In this document: piece by piece, positions 11,027 to 22,800 of the stretch
Position numbering within the stretch: the stretch's first letter is position 1
Layout: each line of letters starts with the position of its first letter
From: Paramoeba atlantica
Lineage: Eukaryota; Protista; Discosea
Length of the DNA stretch: 64,000 bases
NCBI GenBank assembly: GCA_977017575.1
Contig: CDRNVI010000054.1
Span: 124,001 to 188,000, forward strand
Direction of reading: 5' to 3'
The notes under the pieces: generated by a model
Database searches by the model: none
What the model saw: only the letters and a program-made list of their open reading frames with translations
Told to the model about the DNA's origin: nothing
Position numbers and translations under genes: made by a program

Positions 11027-11809
11027 GTAACAGCAAATAAAGATCTAGCAAGTACATAAGATAAATATTTAGATGCACTTTTGAGACCATACAAAATTAC
11101 GTTCTACTACTGGAATAAGCCGAATGGTAAACCGCGACGGAATATTAGACGATACACACATAATAGATGACAACAATACAGCTACTAAGTTGTTTATTAA
11201 ACAATGGATTAATTAATATGTGTTACCCAGAGACGGCTTGTCAAGGAGGATTCAACGTGTTGTCAAGGCCCAATTATAAAACTCTTGGAAATGTAATTGG
11301 GCCTTTGTACTAGTGTCAGGAATTAAGGAAAACATGAAGGACTTATTCGTGAACTACGGCATGATATTATTTGCAAAATTAGACAGACTTTTCTTATTTG
11401 TATTTCGCACGAATAAAAGTGGCCCACCCACCTCCCCGCTCCGCGCGGGCGAGCCCCGTCGTAAGTAACAGCAAGTAAAGATCTAGCAAGTACATAAGAT
11501 AAATATTTAGATGCACTTTTGAGACCATACAAAATTACGTTCTACTACTAGAATAAGCCGAATGGTAAACCGCGACGGAATATTAGACGATACACACATA
11601 ATAGATGACAACAATACAGCTACTAAGTTGTTTATTAAACAATGGATTAATTAATATGTGTTACCCAGAGACGGCTTGTCAAGGAGGATTCAACGTGTTG
11701 TCAAGGCCCAATTATATCCGGTACCGGGCGGTGTCATTCTCACGCTGCGATGTCTGGGTGACCGTTACCCTAGTTATTTTGTGCCTTGTTTTGTTGGCAC
11801 CGGGTAGTG

Positions 11810-12621
11810 TCATCCGCGGGACCTTGATCGTACCCACCCTAGGTATGTAGCGTCTTGTTGTGCGACGCCGGGTGAGTAGGACATAGGACGCCGGGCGCGC
11901 CCTATGCCTCGGAAAGGTCCTCGAAAACGCTCTCCGTACCCGCTCCCTCCTCCGTTTTTTGCGTTCATAGCGGCTCCTTGCGCGATTGACATATTTTGGT
12001 AATACGACATGGTCGCCTCGTGCGCCTGGGTATATTGATCGTCCATCGGGGCGCTCCGCGCAGTTTCTTTCCAATAGCGGCCGTATTCTCGACCAAACTT
12101 ATGTTTGTAACGAAGATAGTGCAAATTCTCAAACGCGGGCTCCACTGAAACCATCGAAAACGGACTTCCTGCTCGCGCGTGCAACCCGCAATCTTGGAGG
12201 TGTTTCGAGATCGTGTCGAGGCTTTCTCTCAAACTTATTTCATCCCCCGCAACCGCACCAGGATCTTTTGAGTTTCCAAATTGTTTACGAATTTCATGCT
12301 CCATTCGTCCAAATAAATTGTCCCGGTATAGATCACTGCAGAAATGTCGGTATTCCCATTCTTTTGGGCGGAAAAGCTTTTCGTGGGGGAGGTCATGGGC
12401 CGCAGGATCATACCCGCCCGGCGCCGACACACCCTTTGCTGCCATCCCCAGAGCTTCCCGAATTTGCGCGGATTGCCGCTCCACCGTAGCTTCCAGCATA
12501 CCGATGCGCTCTTGATCAATCTTCGTTGACGCCATGAGTTCCTCCATACGCTGCATCATTCTGGTATTATCCCCCAACTGCTGGATCACATCTCTTGGAG
12601 AGGGTGGCTGACCTTCGGCCA
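11810..12621 (-). CDS. Gag-like protein of unknown retroelement
   Basis: Coiled-coil N-terminus, KLFRPKEW motif like the P..W motifs of the YR gags, RG-rich tail; TTAG acceptor ~44 nt upstream of the ATG. Confidence 0.4.
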
Positions 12622-12859
12622 TGGGAATAGACGATGAGTTAGTAGTTTTCCGAAAACGGAAGCGTTCTAAATATATATATATATCTTTCGGAATTTTTCT
12701 TTTTATCTTTTTCTTTGTTTTTGCACAGATGCTTCGAGCATCAAGATCCGCACAGCGCACCTAGGCTGGAACTAGGGAGCCATATCTCTTCGGAGACAAA
12801 CGGCTCTGAAATATACTACTACTACTACTACATGTCTATGATATAAATTTCACTAGATT

Positions 12860-13640
12860 CTAGAGACTAATGACTTGAGTTTCACGATCGGCCAAATATT
12901 GGCGCAACTGAGCGTATATTTCGCTTCCATTTAAATCCTGCAATAACAACTTAAAGTCCATTTCGTTCCACCCTAATTCGGTCTAGCCTCGCAGCATCGG
13001 CCAACGCATGCAAGAGAAATCTCGTGCTTTGGTGCAAGGAGCCGCACGAGAGAACCGGGAGACATTGAAAAGCCGATTCGGGTATCATTCCGGAAGCAAC
13101 GTAGGTCTCGTTCTTGCGCTTAATCACGTCCTTAACAGTGTTGTGCAAGATTTCTGTTGATTGCTAGCCGCTAACTCGTGTACCACGGAAAGATCGTAGA
13201 AAATCTCCCCCGTGTTCCAGTACACGACAAGGTCCGGCCCAGAACGGTAGAGCTGTCGACCGGGGCATAACTTTCCGTGTAGGGCTCTGCTCTCTGGGTC
13301 TACTTTCTGACTGCATCTTCCACATTTCCAAGTGCTAAATGCCCTTGGCTCCCTCTCGCATGGAATGCCGGCTTTGCTGCTTAGTTCGAACAAGTACTTT
13401 ACCAACGCATTGTGCTTCGTGGTCGCGTTAAGGCCTGTGCATTGTACACATCCGGAATATGAAGCAATGCCGTCCTATTCGTTAGAACGTTCTAACGAAC
13501 TTTTAAGCATCAAGCACCTCCGCCAATTGATGATATCGTGACATCGTGACATCCGGAATATGAAGCAATGCCGTCCTATTCGTTAGAACGTTCTAACGAA
13601 CTTTTAAGCATCAAGCACCTCCGCCAATTGATGATATCGT
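12860..13640 (-). pseudogene. 3' (Zn knuckle + RLE) fragment of family-2 CRE-like element, with ~92-bp tandem duplication
   Basis: KAGIPCEREP..SGPDLVVYWNTGEIFYDLSVVHE aligns with 15910-17391; ~13448-13540 repeated at ~13549-13640. Confidence 0.85.
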
Positions 13641-15200
13641 GCTACGCGACGCCTTCATGGAAAACAATCAAATCCCAGAACGCACATACTCCGCGGAAGG
13701 AGTTGATCACCTGCCGATTCCGACAATGCGATCAGTGAGCCCCGATTTTATTCCATGCGTTTTGGCCACACTGCGCGATATAGTACACGATTACATTAGC
13801 TCCGAGCATCCGCAGCGCAATCGAATTTGGCATCGCCTACTTTCAGCGATGAAGCTTTCTCTATCCACAATAAGACGAGCGGACAAGGGAAGCAAGAGAA
13901 AACGACCGTTCCGACAGCAGGCCGAAGTCCATGAGCGGGACGAAGCAAAGGCTCAGGATGTCCGAGCAATAAAGAAAGCGACACGGCTGGTATTGGAAGG
14001 CTGTGCGACGAAGGGCGCCAGAGTCATGGGCCAAAACTTCACTTCATTGGATCTGACGGATGAGGAGATATTGGACAAACTTGCACAGCTACACCCCCAA
14101 CGGCCTTGCGACTTCACAGCCCCTGAGGACGCCCCAGTTCTCGCCGGTATATCACCGAAAGAATTAAGGTGTGCGGGAAAACGCCTGGCGAAAGGTGTAA
14201 GTCCGGTGCCAACCGGAATGACCGACAGCATTGTAAGACTCATGTTAGACGACGAGGTTTGTTGTTTGAATTTGTGTCACATGTTGTGTGATCTTCTGAA
14301 CGGTTTCCTTGCCAAAGAAGTCATCTTTCGTTTGAACCGGGCGCGGTTGGTTGCCATCCCCAAGGAAAATGGCGGGGTCCGTCCGGTGAATAAACTGGCG
14401 GGAATTGTGTTAATGCAACGATACGAAAACACCCTCGCCCCTATGTTCACGCCAGTGCAACAAGGAGTTCTCTCCCGAGCCGGTTGCGAAAGAATAGTGC
14501 ATAAACTGCGTGACAGGTACGACAAGGGATACTCGATCCTATCGGTAGATTTCAAAAATGTTTTCAACACGCCCTGCAGGAAAGAAATCGCCCGACACGT
14601 TTTCGCTTTCAGCGCCCTTCGTCCTTTCCAGCGGTTCTTTGAGGTTGAATATGCGGGGGCGTCTGAGCTCTTGTACTACGGCTCTGAGGGAAAGTTGGTG
14701 GGAATCGTCCCCAGCTCGTCGGGACTCCGTCAGGGATCTCCTCTCGCATCTTTGTACTTCTGTGTATTCATGCAACCGATCTTGGAAACCCTAAACGAGG
14801 AATTCCCGGAAGTGGAGTTTCACGCCTACATTGATGACATCACGACGGCTTCACCACATCCGGAACAAATTGAGAAGGCTTTTTTTTTTTGAGACTCCAA
14901 GAAATCATGGCTACCCAATCAATTGAACTTGCGTCCAAAAAGTGAGTTTGGTTTGGAGGGAAAAATCAGCTAACAATACCATCATGCCTGCATGAGGCGG
15001 GGGTCGTCAATGCGAAAGATACTAAGAAGATTTTGGGGGCCCAAATCGGTTGTGGGAAGATGGTGAAAGAACTTTTAGCGGGACAAGTATCGAAGCATGA
15101 AATCAGTTTTGACCGATTGAAGAGGATGGGATCGAACAACGTGTCACTCATAATTTGGCCTTTGCATCAAGGGGAAGGTTTGCATTGCTCGTCTTCATCA
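13639..15200 (+). pseudogene. Family-2 CRE-like RT region, frameshifted at the T run near 14880-14890
   Basis: RARLVAIPKENGGVRP, VDFKNVFN, GLRQGSPL, AYIDD; continues in ORF 15033-15230. Confidence 0.88.
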
Positions 15201-15520
15201 CATTGTTTCACATGTAGAAGTATTTACTAATCTTGTTCTAGAATCAAATGCTTTTTGCTCGTCTCCTTCACTGCGCCTCGTTCAAAATAGTACTTCTTTT
15301 CTATCTGACTCCGTTGTTAAAATACCTTGAGTTATGTACTTGCTCGTTTTCTACTTGCTTGTTACTTACGATGGGGCTCGCCCGCGCGGTGCGGGGAGGT
15401 GGGTGGGTCACTTTTTCTTCTCAATGTTAAAAGAATCGTAATACAGATCTACCAACAAATAGAATATGAACTAGTAAAATAATAACAATACAACTTTGAA
15501 AGTTTTATGTCACCAGACAC
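15170..15520 (-). mobile_element. Solo A2-linker-B2 relic of a YR-1-related element
   Basis: Minus strand AAAAAGTGA-CCCACCCACCTCCCCGCACCGC-GCGGGCGAGCCCCATCGTAAGTAAC matches YR-1 11415-11470. Confidence 0.75.
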
Positions 15521-15680
15521 TGGCCAAATTACACTTCCTAGAGTCCGATGTTTGAAAGCTACTTCTAGAGAGGCTTCATTTTTGGAACTCATTGTGACGT
15601 CATCCTGATAAGCTCGTAAGGTGACTTCTGGATACGCATCCGCGACTTCCTTCAAAGCTCCTTGTAGCAGTTCAAAGCTC
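15520..15680 (-). pseudogene. Short family-1 RT fragment
   Basis: EVADAYPEVTLRAYQDDVTMSSKN vs EVASLYPDVTIRAYQDDVTLSSKN in 735-4187. Confidence 0.8.
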
Positions 15681-15766
15681 CTTGTACCTTGTTGCTTGTT
15701 GTGAATAAGGGGGGAGAAGTATGAAACGCGGCATTGCCTCTATTTTTTTACCCAGTAGACGAACCT

Positions 15767-17400
15767 TTTTTCTTTCTTTTTTTTTTGATGTTCGGCGCTA
15801 CCCCCACTTATTGTGGGGACAGAATATATTTTGGAAGCTTACGCGACTTCGTAAGCTTGAATTAAAATTATGATAAATTGAAATAAATTGCTTCAAAATA
15901 ACCCAGGGCCTATAGACTGATTTTTCGATCCAAGACGTCATTCTGCAAGTATTGACGCAAATGGCTCAGCACCTGTGCTCCATTGATATCCTGTAGCTTC
16001 AGCTTGAACGACTGCTCTGCCACCTGGCGCTCCATCTGCGAAGCGTCTGCAAGCGCTCGGATTAAGTTCCGAGTGTTCTCATGCAGCGCTCCTCCTGACA
16101 GCACGGGGAGACATTTGAAACTTTCATGTGGGAACATGCCGGATTGCACATACGCTTCATTTTTCCGTTGAATAGCATTTCGTATGAGAGTCGGAATTTT
16201 CTGCATGTGGTTCGAGGCAGCGAGTTCATGAATTATGGTTAAGTCATAGAAAATTGGCCCCGTGTTCCAGTAAATAACTAAGTCCGGCCCTGAACGATGC
16301 AGATTTTTGCCGCCGCATATCTTATGATGCCATTGCTGGCTGGGAAAATCGAAAACGCTTTTGCAGGTTAGGCAGGTGTATGTGCTCACTGATCGAGGTT
16401 CCTTTTCACAAGGAATTCCGGCCTTAATGCAAAGATCATAGAGAAACCGTACCATTGCATTATGCTTGGAGGAAGCATTTAAGCCCGTGCATCGCACACA
16501 ACCTGGGATGTGAGTTATTATGTCCTTGGAATCGAATATCAATTGGCAGCCAGGGCATTGGAGATTCTTAGGCAATTTGGGGTGCGCCACTCCGAGTCTT
16601 GCAATGATGGATAGTTCGTAGTGCGAGGCAGAGACATATCGAGCATTGGACGTGAGCCAATCTGAGTTTCCTTTAAATGACGTCGCTTTGAATATTGGTC
16701 CGATTTCAGGATGCTTGATTAATTTTTCAAATTTGCCTTGATGTAACATTGCGGTCGTTGTGCTTTCGTCGTCTGGTGGGATTGGGGCCGTACGTTCGCT
16801 GTCAGATGAAATGGTCTGAGCAGAATTGGATTTTGTGCGCTCGAAAACCAAATATCTAGAGCCATTGTACGCCTCCTTGCGCGTCGCGTGACAAGCTGTT
16901 AGACCTAAGCCCCCTTTCTTAATCGGGAGTCTTGCAATGTCGATTTGATCAGGACTGAGCGTTCCGAACCAAGTGCTTAGCACATCCTCAATATTCCGAT
17001 CAAATTCTTGGGCAGAGGCTTCCGTTGTGGATGGATGGTGTACTCTCATGAAGTACTGCTGCCTGACATTGACACATTTGGATATCACGGCGAGGGAAAT
17101 GTTGCTCGCTCTCATCCGCTTTAATCGCCGAAAAATGTTGCCGTGTTTTTGAAGTTTATTCATCAGTTTGTTGCTTATCGTTTCATCATCGCCGATGAAC
17201 GCTCCTAAGATTTTCGTGACTTCGGGAGCGGAACCAACACCTATACTTCGTAGACTGTCTGGGATTGTAATTCCTGACGACCCCCCGAACCAAACACATT
17301 TTTGCATTGACATTTGAATTTGTTTCTCCTGTAAGAGCTCCTTTAGTCGTAGAAATGCGTTTTCGAGTTCTGCGCCGTCTGCCCCTACCAAGTTTATGTC
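15767..17400 (-). mobile_element. 5'-truncated family-2 CRE-like element (ORF 15910-17391) with poly(A) at 15767-15786
   Basis: KILGAFIG, LPIKKGGLGL, CPGC..HIPGC, SGPDLVIYWNTGPIFYDL; A tract after the 3' UTR. Confidence 0.9.
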
Positions 17401-17775
17401 TAATAGTCCACGTTTTGAAATTTAGCCGAGGGGCTGTTATGTATTTGCCTGCTGGCTCTTCGGGGCACATAGTTTCTTCGAATTATGATTTGTATTCAGA
17501 ATTTTACATGGGATGGGTATTTACTATTATCTTATATATCCTTGTTAGGTTGTTATTTTGTTTGTTAGGTTGGCCGAGGGTTCCGGTGGGGGGGAATCCC
17601 GTTAACAACGTGACACATGATTATTGGTTTTATGCAGGCTTTCTTTTGAACTATGTTTGTGCATGTGAATTCTATCTATATATCGTATTATGTGTTCTTT
17701 GATTTTGGGACGATTTGGAAGTGTGATTATATTAGTCATAGGTATTTACTTATATTTGTTTGTTACTTATAAGTT

Positions 17776-17990
17776 TCATGGAGCCCCCATGAATGCATGG
17801 ACTTCAATCTTCGGGAATTCCGCAGCAATGTTCTCGAGAAGTGGTTGCAGAAACGCACAGAAGTAGAGTGTTGCTAAAGGGGAACCCTGACGAACGCCTG
17901 CAGAGCTTAAGATCGAGCCTGATAAACTCCCACCTTTGCCAAAGAACAGTAGCTCTGTCGACTCGGAATATTCAGTTACAAAGAATCGTT
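17776..17990 (-). pseudogene. Family-2 RT fragment
   Basis: RPFQRFF..SAGVRQGSPLATLYFC..VHAFM. Confidence 0.85.
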
Positions 17991-18564
17991 GGAATGGTCG
18001 TAACAACAACAACAACACTGATATATCAGTTGAGGCCTTTGTACTCTTTCACTCTCTAGTTGGCCCCCCGTTTCCAATTAAGTGCAGGGCTACTTGCCCT
18101 GTTTAAGTACCGTAAATCCATCAAAATGGCTACGCAGCACGTTTCCTAGCATGCGTCGGTGAACTTTGCACCTACAAACTCAACTAATTCTACAAACAAT
18201 GCCCCTCCCTCCAAATTTGACAACAAATGAAATACAAATACAAACAGACTAACAAATATAATAAATTAACGCATATAAGCAGGAAACCTAGGTCGATTCG
18301 TTTCACACCTTTTAGATTGAAATATAAATAAATAATAATACTGTTTCATCAATCTAGTCCACCCCTCGTTGCAACAACCGAGAAATTCTGTTAGTTCGAC
18401 AATTTATCTTCCTCATCTGCCTGCGATTGGCTTTTGCCTTCGTTGGCTTTTCGTTTAATTTGTGGATGCCGTGGCAGTTTAACCTTTGAAATAATTTTCT
18501 TATCAGAACGTGAATTATCTTCAGAGGCCTTGTTTAGTTTCTTGAGTTTAGGTTCCTTAATGTT

Positions 18565-19095
18565 TCACAGCTCAGCTTCCTTTTCTCTGGACCTTTTTTG
18601 TTCCGTAATTACGACTTTTTTCATAGGTGTTTTGGGTGATTTTCTAGAAATACTATTCGATTTTAAAACTTTCTCCTGTATTTGCACCGTTCTGTCCGGA
18701 CAATTCGGAACTTTTCTTTTACCGTTCGATACCGCCTTGGGTTCTCGATAAGTAAATGATGAACCAATATCAACTGTATCAATTGCCTTTTTTGCCACCA
18801 AATCAGCACTCTCATTATATGGGTTTCCTTCGTGAGCTCGAACTTTAATACAGTACACATTTCTAGCATCAGTCTCAATTTTATGACAAGCCTGGCTAAT
18901 CTGTCTCAGCAGTTCCGAATTCTCAAATTTCTGAAATCCAACTAAGCGATTTTGATGCCTATGTATATGGAAAAATTCCCAGAGGTTATGAGAATCATTA
19001 TGCAACACAACATCCCCATTAAATTCCATTGTGAATTGAAATTCACGGATCCTATTCCCCGTCATAAAAGAAAGAATAACAACATGTAAAGACAA
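18565..19095 (-). pseudogene. RNase H C-terminal fragment of a LINE
   Basis: CIKVRAHEGNPYNESADLVAKKA is the RNase HI terminal motif. Confidence 0.75.
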
Positions 19096-19257
19096 ACTAA
19101 TATCACAGTCACTGCTTTCCTCCGTCGTACCAGATTAAACACTGTTTGTAGAAATCGAGATCCTTTAAAGAATATTTGAAATAGAGCTCTGAACCTAGCA
19201 ATACATTCCCTTGAGGTATCTTACGAATGGGCGTCATGCCCACCACGTCGCGAACCA

Positions 19258-19406
19258 ACCCATCTTAGCCTCCTCGGTCATGGCCTCCGCGCCGTCTCCC
19301 CCACGAAGCAAAGCCGCCACTTGCTCCGGGTTGAGTGTATGTCGTTGCTCTCTTCCTTGTCTGAGAGTAGGTGTGACAGGTTCATTGGGATCTTGAGGGT
19401 TTGGGC
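19258..19406 (-). repeat. Near-identical copy of YR-2 gag segment (23316-23462)
   Basis: SPNPQDPNEPVTPTLRQGREQRHTLNPEQVAALLRGGDGAEAMTEE in both places. Confidence 0.9.
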
Positions 19407-19557
19407 TTTTTGAGTTCTTTTTTTTTATGATTTTAAAACAAGCAATCAAATTAGCAATTTCATATTTTGGAGCCCAAAACTAGCAATTCAAGCTGTCCTA
19501 AATTATTTATGATTCTGATAATACTAATAATAAAAAAGGAAGCAATCCACGCCCAAT

Positions 19558-19790
19558 CCATTCGCGCGTTCCGGACCGGGTCTTTCGACCTCTCCACGGC
19601 CTGACTTGTGAACCCTTCCCTTGTTATATGGGAGGGCGCAGGCGCGGGCCTGTGTCGACAGCGACACGGTCGCGAAACAGGATGCTGGCCGACGGGGAGG
19701 AGATTCACTACCCGTGTACTACCTCACTTGGGGTACCTAGCCCTTTCGAGCTAGGCGTGAGCATAGACTCTGTCGACCCGACCAGCACCC
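19558..19790 (-). ncRNA. ~233-nt structured cassette, copy 1 (HDV-like ribozyme candidate)
   Basis: Highly similar to 39730-39962, 41578-41810, 50895-51127, 55820-56052; stems tolerate G-U changes only on the minus strand; followed by U-rich tail and poly(A) at ~19418-19426. Confidence 0.6.
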
Positions 19791-19815
19791 GTCCTGGATA
19801 TTATGGCGTCTTACT

Positions 19816-22800
19816 TTCTTTAATTCGCGCGCTATGTTGTCTGAATTAGCGACTCGCCGATTGATTGCGCCCTGACAGGATGCATTGTCGATGTATAAGT
19901 CGATGCATGTCCCCTTGTCAAAGTGGTGTATAAAATCCTTGAGTGCATTGGTGACGGCCATACCCTCTGCATGGTTGACTTCATATTTAAAGTCAATAGG
20001 CCAGGAATCCCCCGTAATCTGTACCTGCCCGTCATCGAGGTAAAGCACCGCCCCCCAACCCTTGCTAGATGCGTCCGTATACAGTCGATGCGTATGGGGT
20101 ACCACATCCGGGTGCGGTGGCGGTTCAATCGGAACATTCGTTAGTACCTCGTCACGCCAACTGGCTAGTATACATCGCGTCGGTTTTGGAAGAGGTACGG
20201 CCTTATCCGCCAGAAGGAGATTTCGATTCAACATGTTAATGCGGCGTCTCGCGAGTTTGAGTGTAAAATGAAAGCGTGGAATAACATACCCGAGCACAGC
20301 TGAGGCATATAGGAGACGCCCCACCGCCGTCTCCAATTGGGCGTACGTAATTTTAGAAAATCTGTCGCGCTGCAGCTTCGCCAGAACACGTGGCCCCAGG
20401 CTGACCTTGTGAACTGCGTGATCGTACTTCACCCCATTGAACACATATTCCACCTCCGGGGGAGAGCCAGCTTCCTTGAACATCCCATTAGCGTCCTTAC
20501 ATCGCAAATCAATACGCTTGGCTTATTCAGTGGCTTCATCTTTACTCGCCGCGAAGCGAACCCCGTCGATATAAATATCGATCCCACTCTTCGCAAAAAT
20601 AGCCTCTGGTTTGCATACACCAGGGTCGCCTGCCAACACCGAAGTTATGGTATGCATAACTTCTGGGGCACACCTATGCCCCATTGGCATCACCGTCATT
20701 TGGAAGAGATCTCCATATGCATCATGAAACCTGAACTTCGCTTGCGCCCTCTCCGGCACAGGAACTTGGTAAAACCCGCATTTGAGATCTCTTTTGACGC
20801 CAACCTCCATATTCACTCGATGGAGGTACTTCGCCGGATGGAGAAGCGGTACAACAGGTTCATAGTTTTTCAGGCGTTCATTGTCATCTCGCGTCCAAGA
20901 TATAAAGCGACGCCGTAATTTACCAGATTCGTCAGCCTCCAGGACAGTAAAAGGAACTAAGTATTGGATCGTCGGAATTTTGCGGGAGATTTCGTCAGGC
21001 ACTCGTTCAATCACTTTAGCTGCCAGCAGATCTTTAATATCGCTCCAATGGAGATTACCTCTAACTGGTGGTTCGGGTTGAGGCGAGATCCGGGTGCATA
21101 ACATTTTACTGATCACCTGCTCGAAACGATATCGTGCGTCATTCCTCATCCAATACTTGATTTTGTCTAAGTCCATATTAGGTATTTCGGTTTTAACATG
21201 CAGAGGGTAATGCATATCGTGAGGCTTCGCCAAACGTGAGGTTCGTCTAGCACAGATGATGCTATAGCGCTTGACGTGCGGGATCTGGTCCAGTCACTTG
21301 TCCACGTCTGCCTGTGTTATTGGAGTGGGAGGAGCACCGAAGCTCGATGTGTACCGAGTGCCTTCGCGGTTGTTACCAGGCTTGCATTGTACCGTAAGAG
21401 GGAAGTAACGCTCTGATGCTTTGCGAGATTTTGTACGTCTGCGATTGTTACCCTTCCTCGAGGTACCGCACCTCGTTTGATTGAATGAGTGTCGAAATTC
21501 GTTCCCCATACTTTCCGGATGATCTGGTCCATTTCTCTTACCGTCGTGCTGGTGAATCTTTGACCTGTTGTCATCCACTTTACATGTTCTGCTATTTCCT
21601 GTGTCCCTTGACCGATTATTGTTGTGCACATCGACATGCGGTAGGGGTTCTGTCGAGTCGTTTAGGTGTTTCTTCCCCAATAAATGATAACTTCGTTCCT
21701 GTCGATTTTGATGAACCGTTCTTTCGTTAGTTCCGCAACTTCTGTCCATCTTGCAGCTGCCTTCCAGCATATCAGTACTGCGATTGAGTCCTTTGAGGTA
21801 GGTTTGGCTCGAAGCTTGCTCAGTAGCCATGGTGTGGCTGGATTCATCTGCCTTATGGGTTCTAGCGCTCCTTTCGCCTGCAAAGCCTTCGTGTATAGCT
21901 GAAGTGGGCCTGTGGGGATTTTGGCGAGGTTGAATACGGATTGGAGGCTTCTGGTATACGACAGAACCGTGGAGGGCGCCGGATTCAGCTGGTCGAGAAA
22001 TACAACTGCTTGGACGGGTTCTACGTATGTCTACGTTTGCGTCGTTGCAGAAGCGGGTAAGTCGGTCCCAGAGACGACTTCTGGACGTCCATGTGTTGTT
22101 TGTCCACATAGGTGCAATCGCGCGACACAATGGTTCTACCACCGTGCTCCGGGGATGTAATCGCAACATCGTGCATGTTAGCCTTCTCTTTGCTTGCAGA
22201 CCGAACTCTTCGTGATCGATGCGTCGGTTGCCGTCGCTCGCGTCGATGCGTCGTTTGCCGCCGAGGTGATGGAATGGGGTTCTTTGGTTCGGAAGGTTGC
22301 GGTTTGGCTGACATGGCGCACAGGCAAGGGAACGCTCCGCATGTATGTCGCGGATAAAAACGAATAGCCGCTGGATTAGTTCACCCGCCGCCTCTTCGGC
22401 AGCTGGGCACGTGCGAAATTTCCTGGTTGAGTCGCCCTCCTGCAGGGCACGAGCGAAATAAGGGGTGGGGGGCCTTCCCTATTGGCCCCTCTTTGCACCA
22501 ACGGTGCCGCTCGTCACCCCCGAGCGAAAACCCGTTTGAAAGGTGCGTTGTGGTGCCTGAGTTAGGGTAGGGCAATAGGCGCGGATGTGACCTGGCCTGT
22601 GGCATTTATAGCAGAGCAAACCAGGTTTCGCCGGCGCTTTTGCGGTACGGAGTTGTCGCAGTTTCTCGTCAGCCACGGCCTTCGTATAGGCATCCTTAGT
22701 CTCGTCTTCCTTGTGGGGTTTCAACTGGAGATTTTTCAATCGGAATTCCCTGAGTGCCCCAGTAATGGTTGCGCAACTCCTCTATGGCCGTTTGGACTAT

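Larger units (their letters stand above)
6590..11715 (+). mobile_element. YR retrotransposon YR-1 (VIPER/TATE/Ngaro-like) with split direct repeats A1...B1-A2-linker-B2
   Basis: A1 6590-6738 = A2 11274-11422; B1 11002-11277 = B2 11445-11715; gag, YR and RT/RNase H ORFs between; both ends share TTATA. Confidence 0.9.

Noticed and set aside
4809-17691. Composite 12.9-kb transposon bounded by ~125-bp inverted repeats
   Set aside because: No target duplication or transposase; repeats look like truncated UTR copies.
19558-19790. Cassette as SRP RNA, RNase P/MRP, snRNA or group I/II intron
   Set aside because: Lacks the diagnostic motifs I know (SRP helix 8, P4 consensus, P7, domain V).
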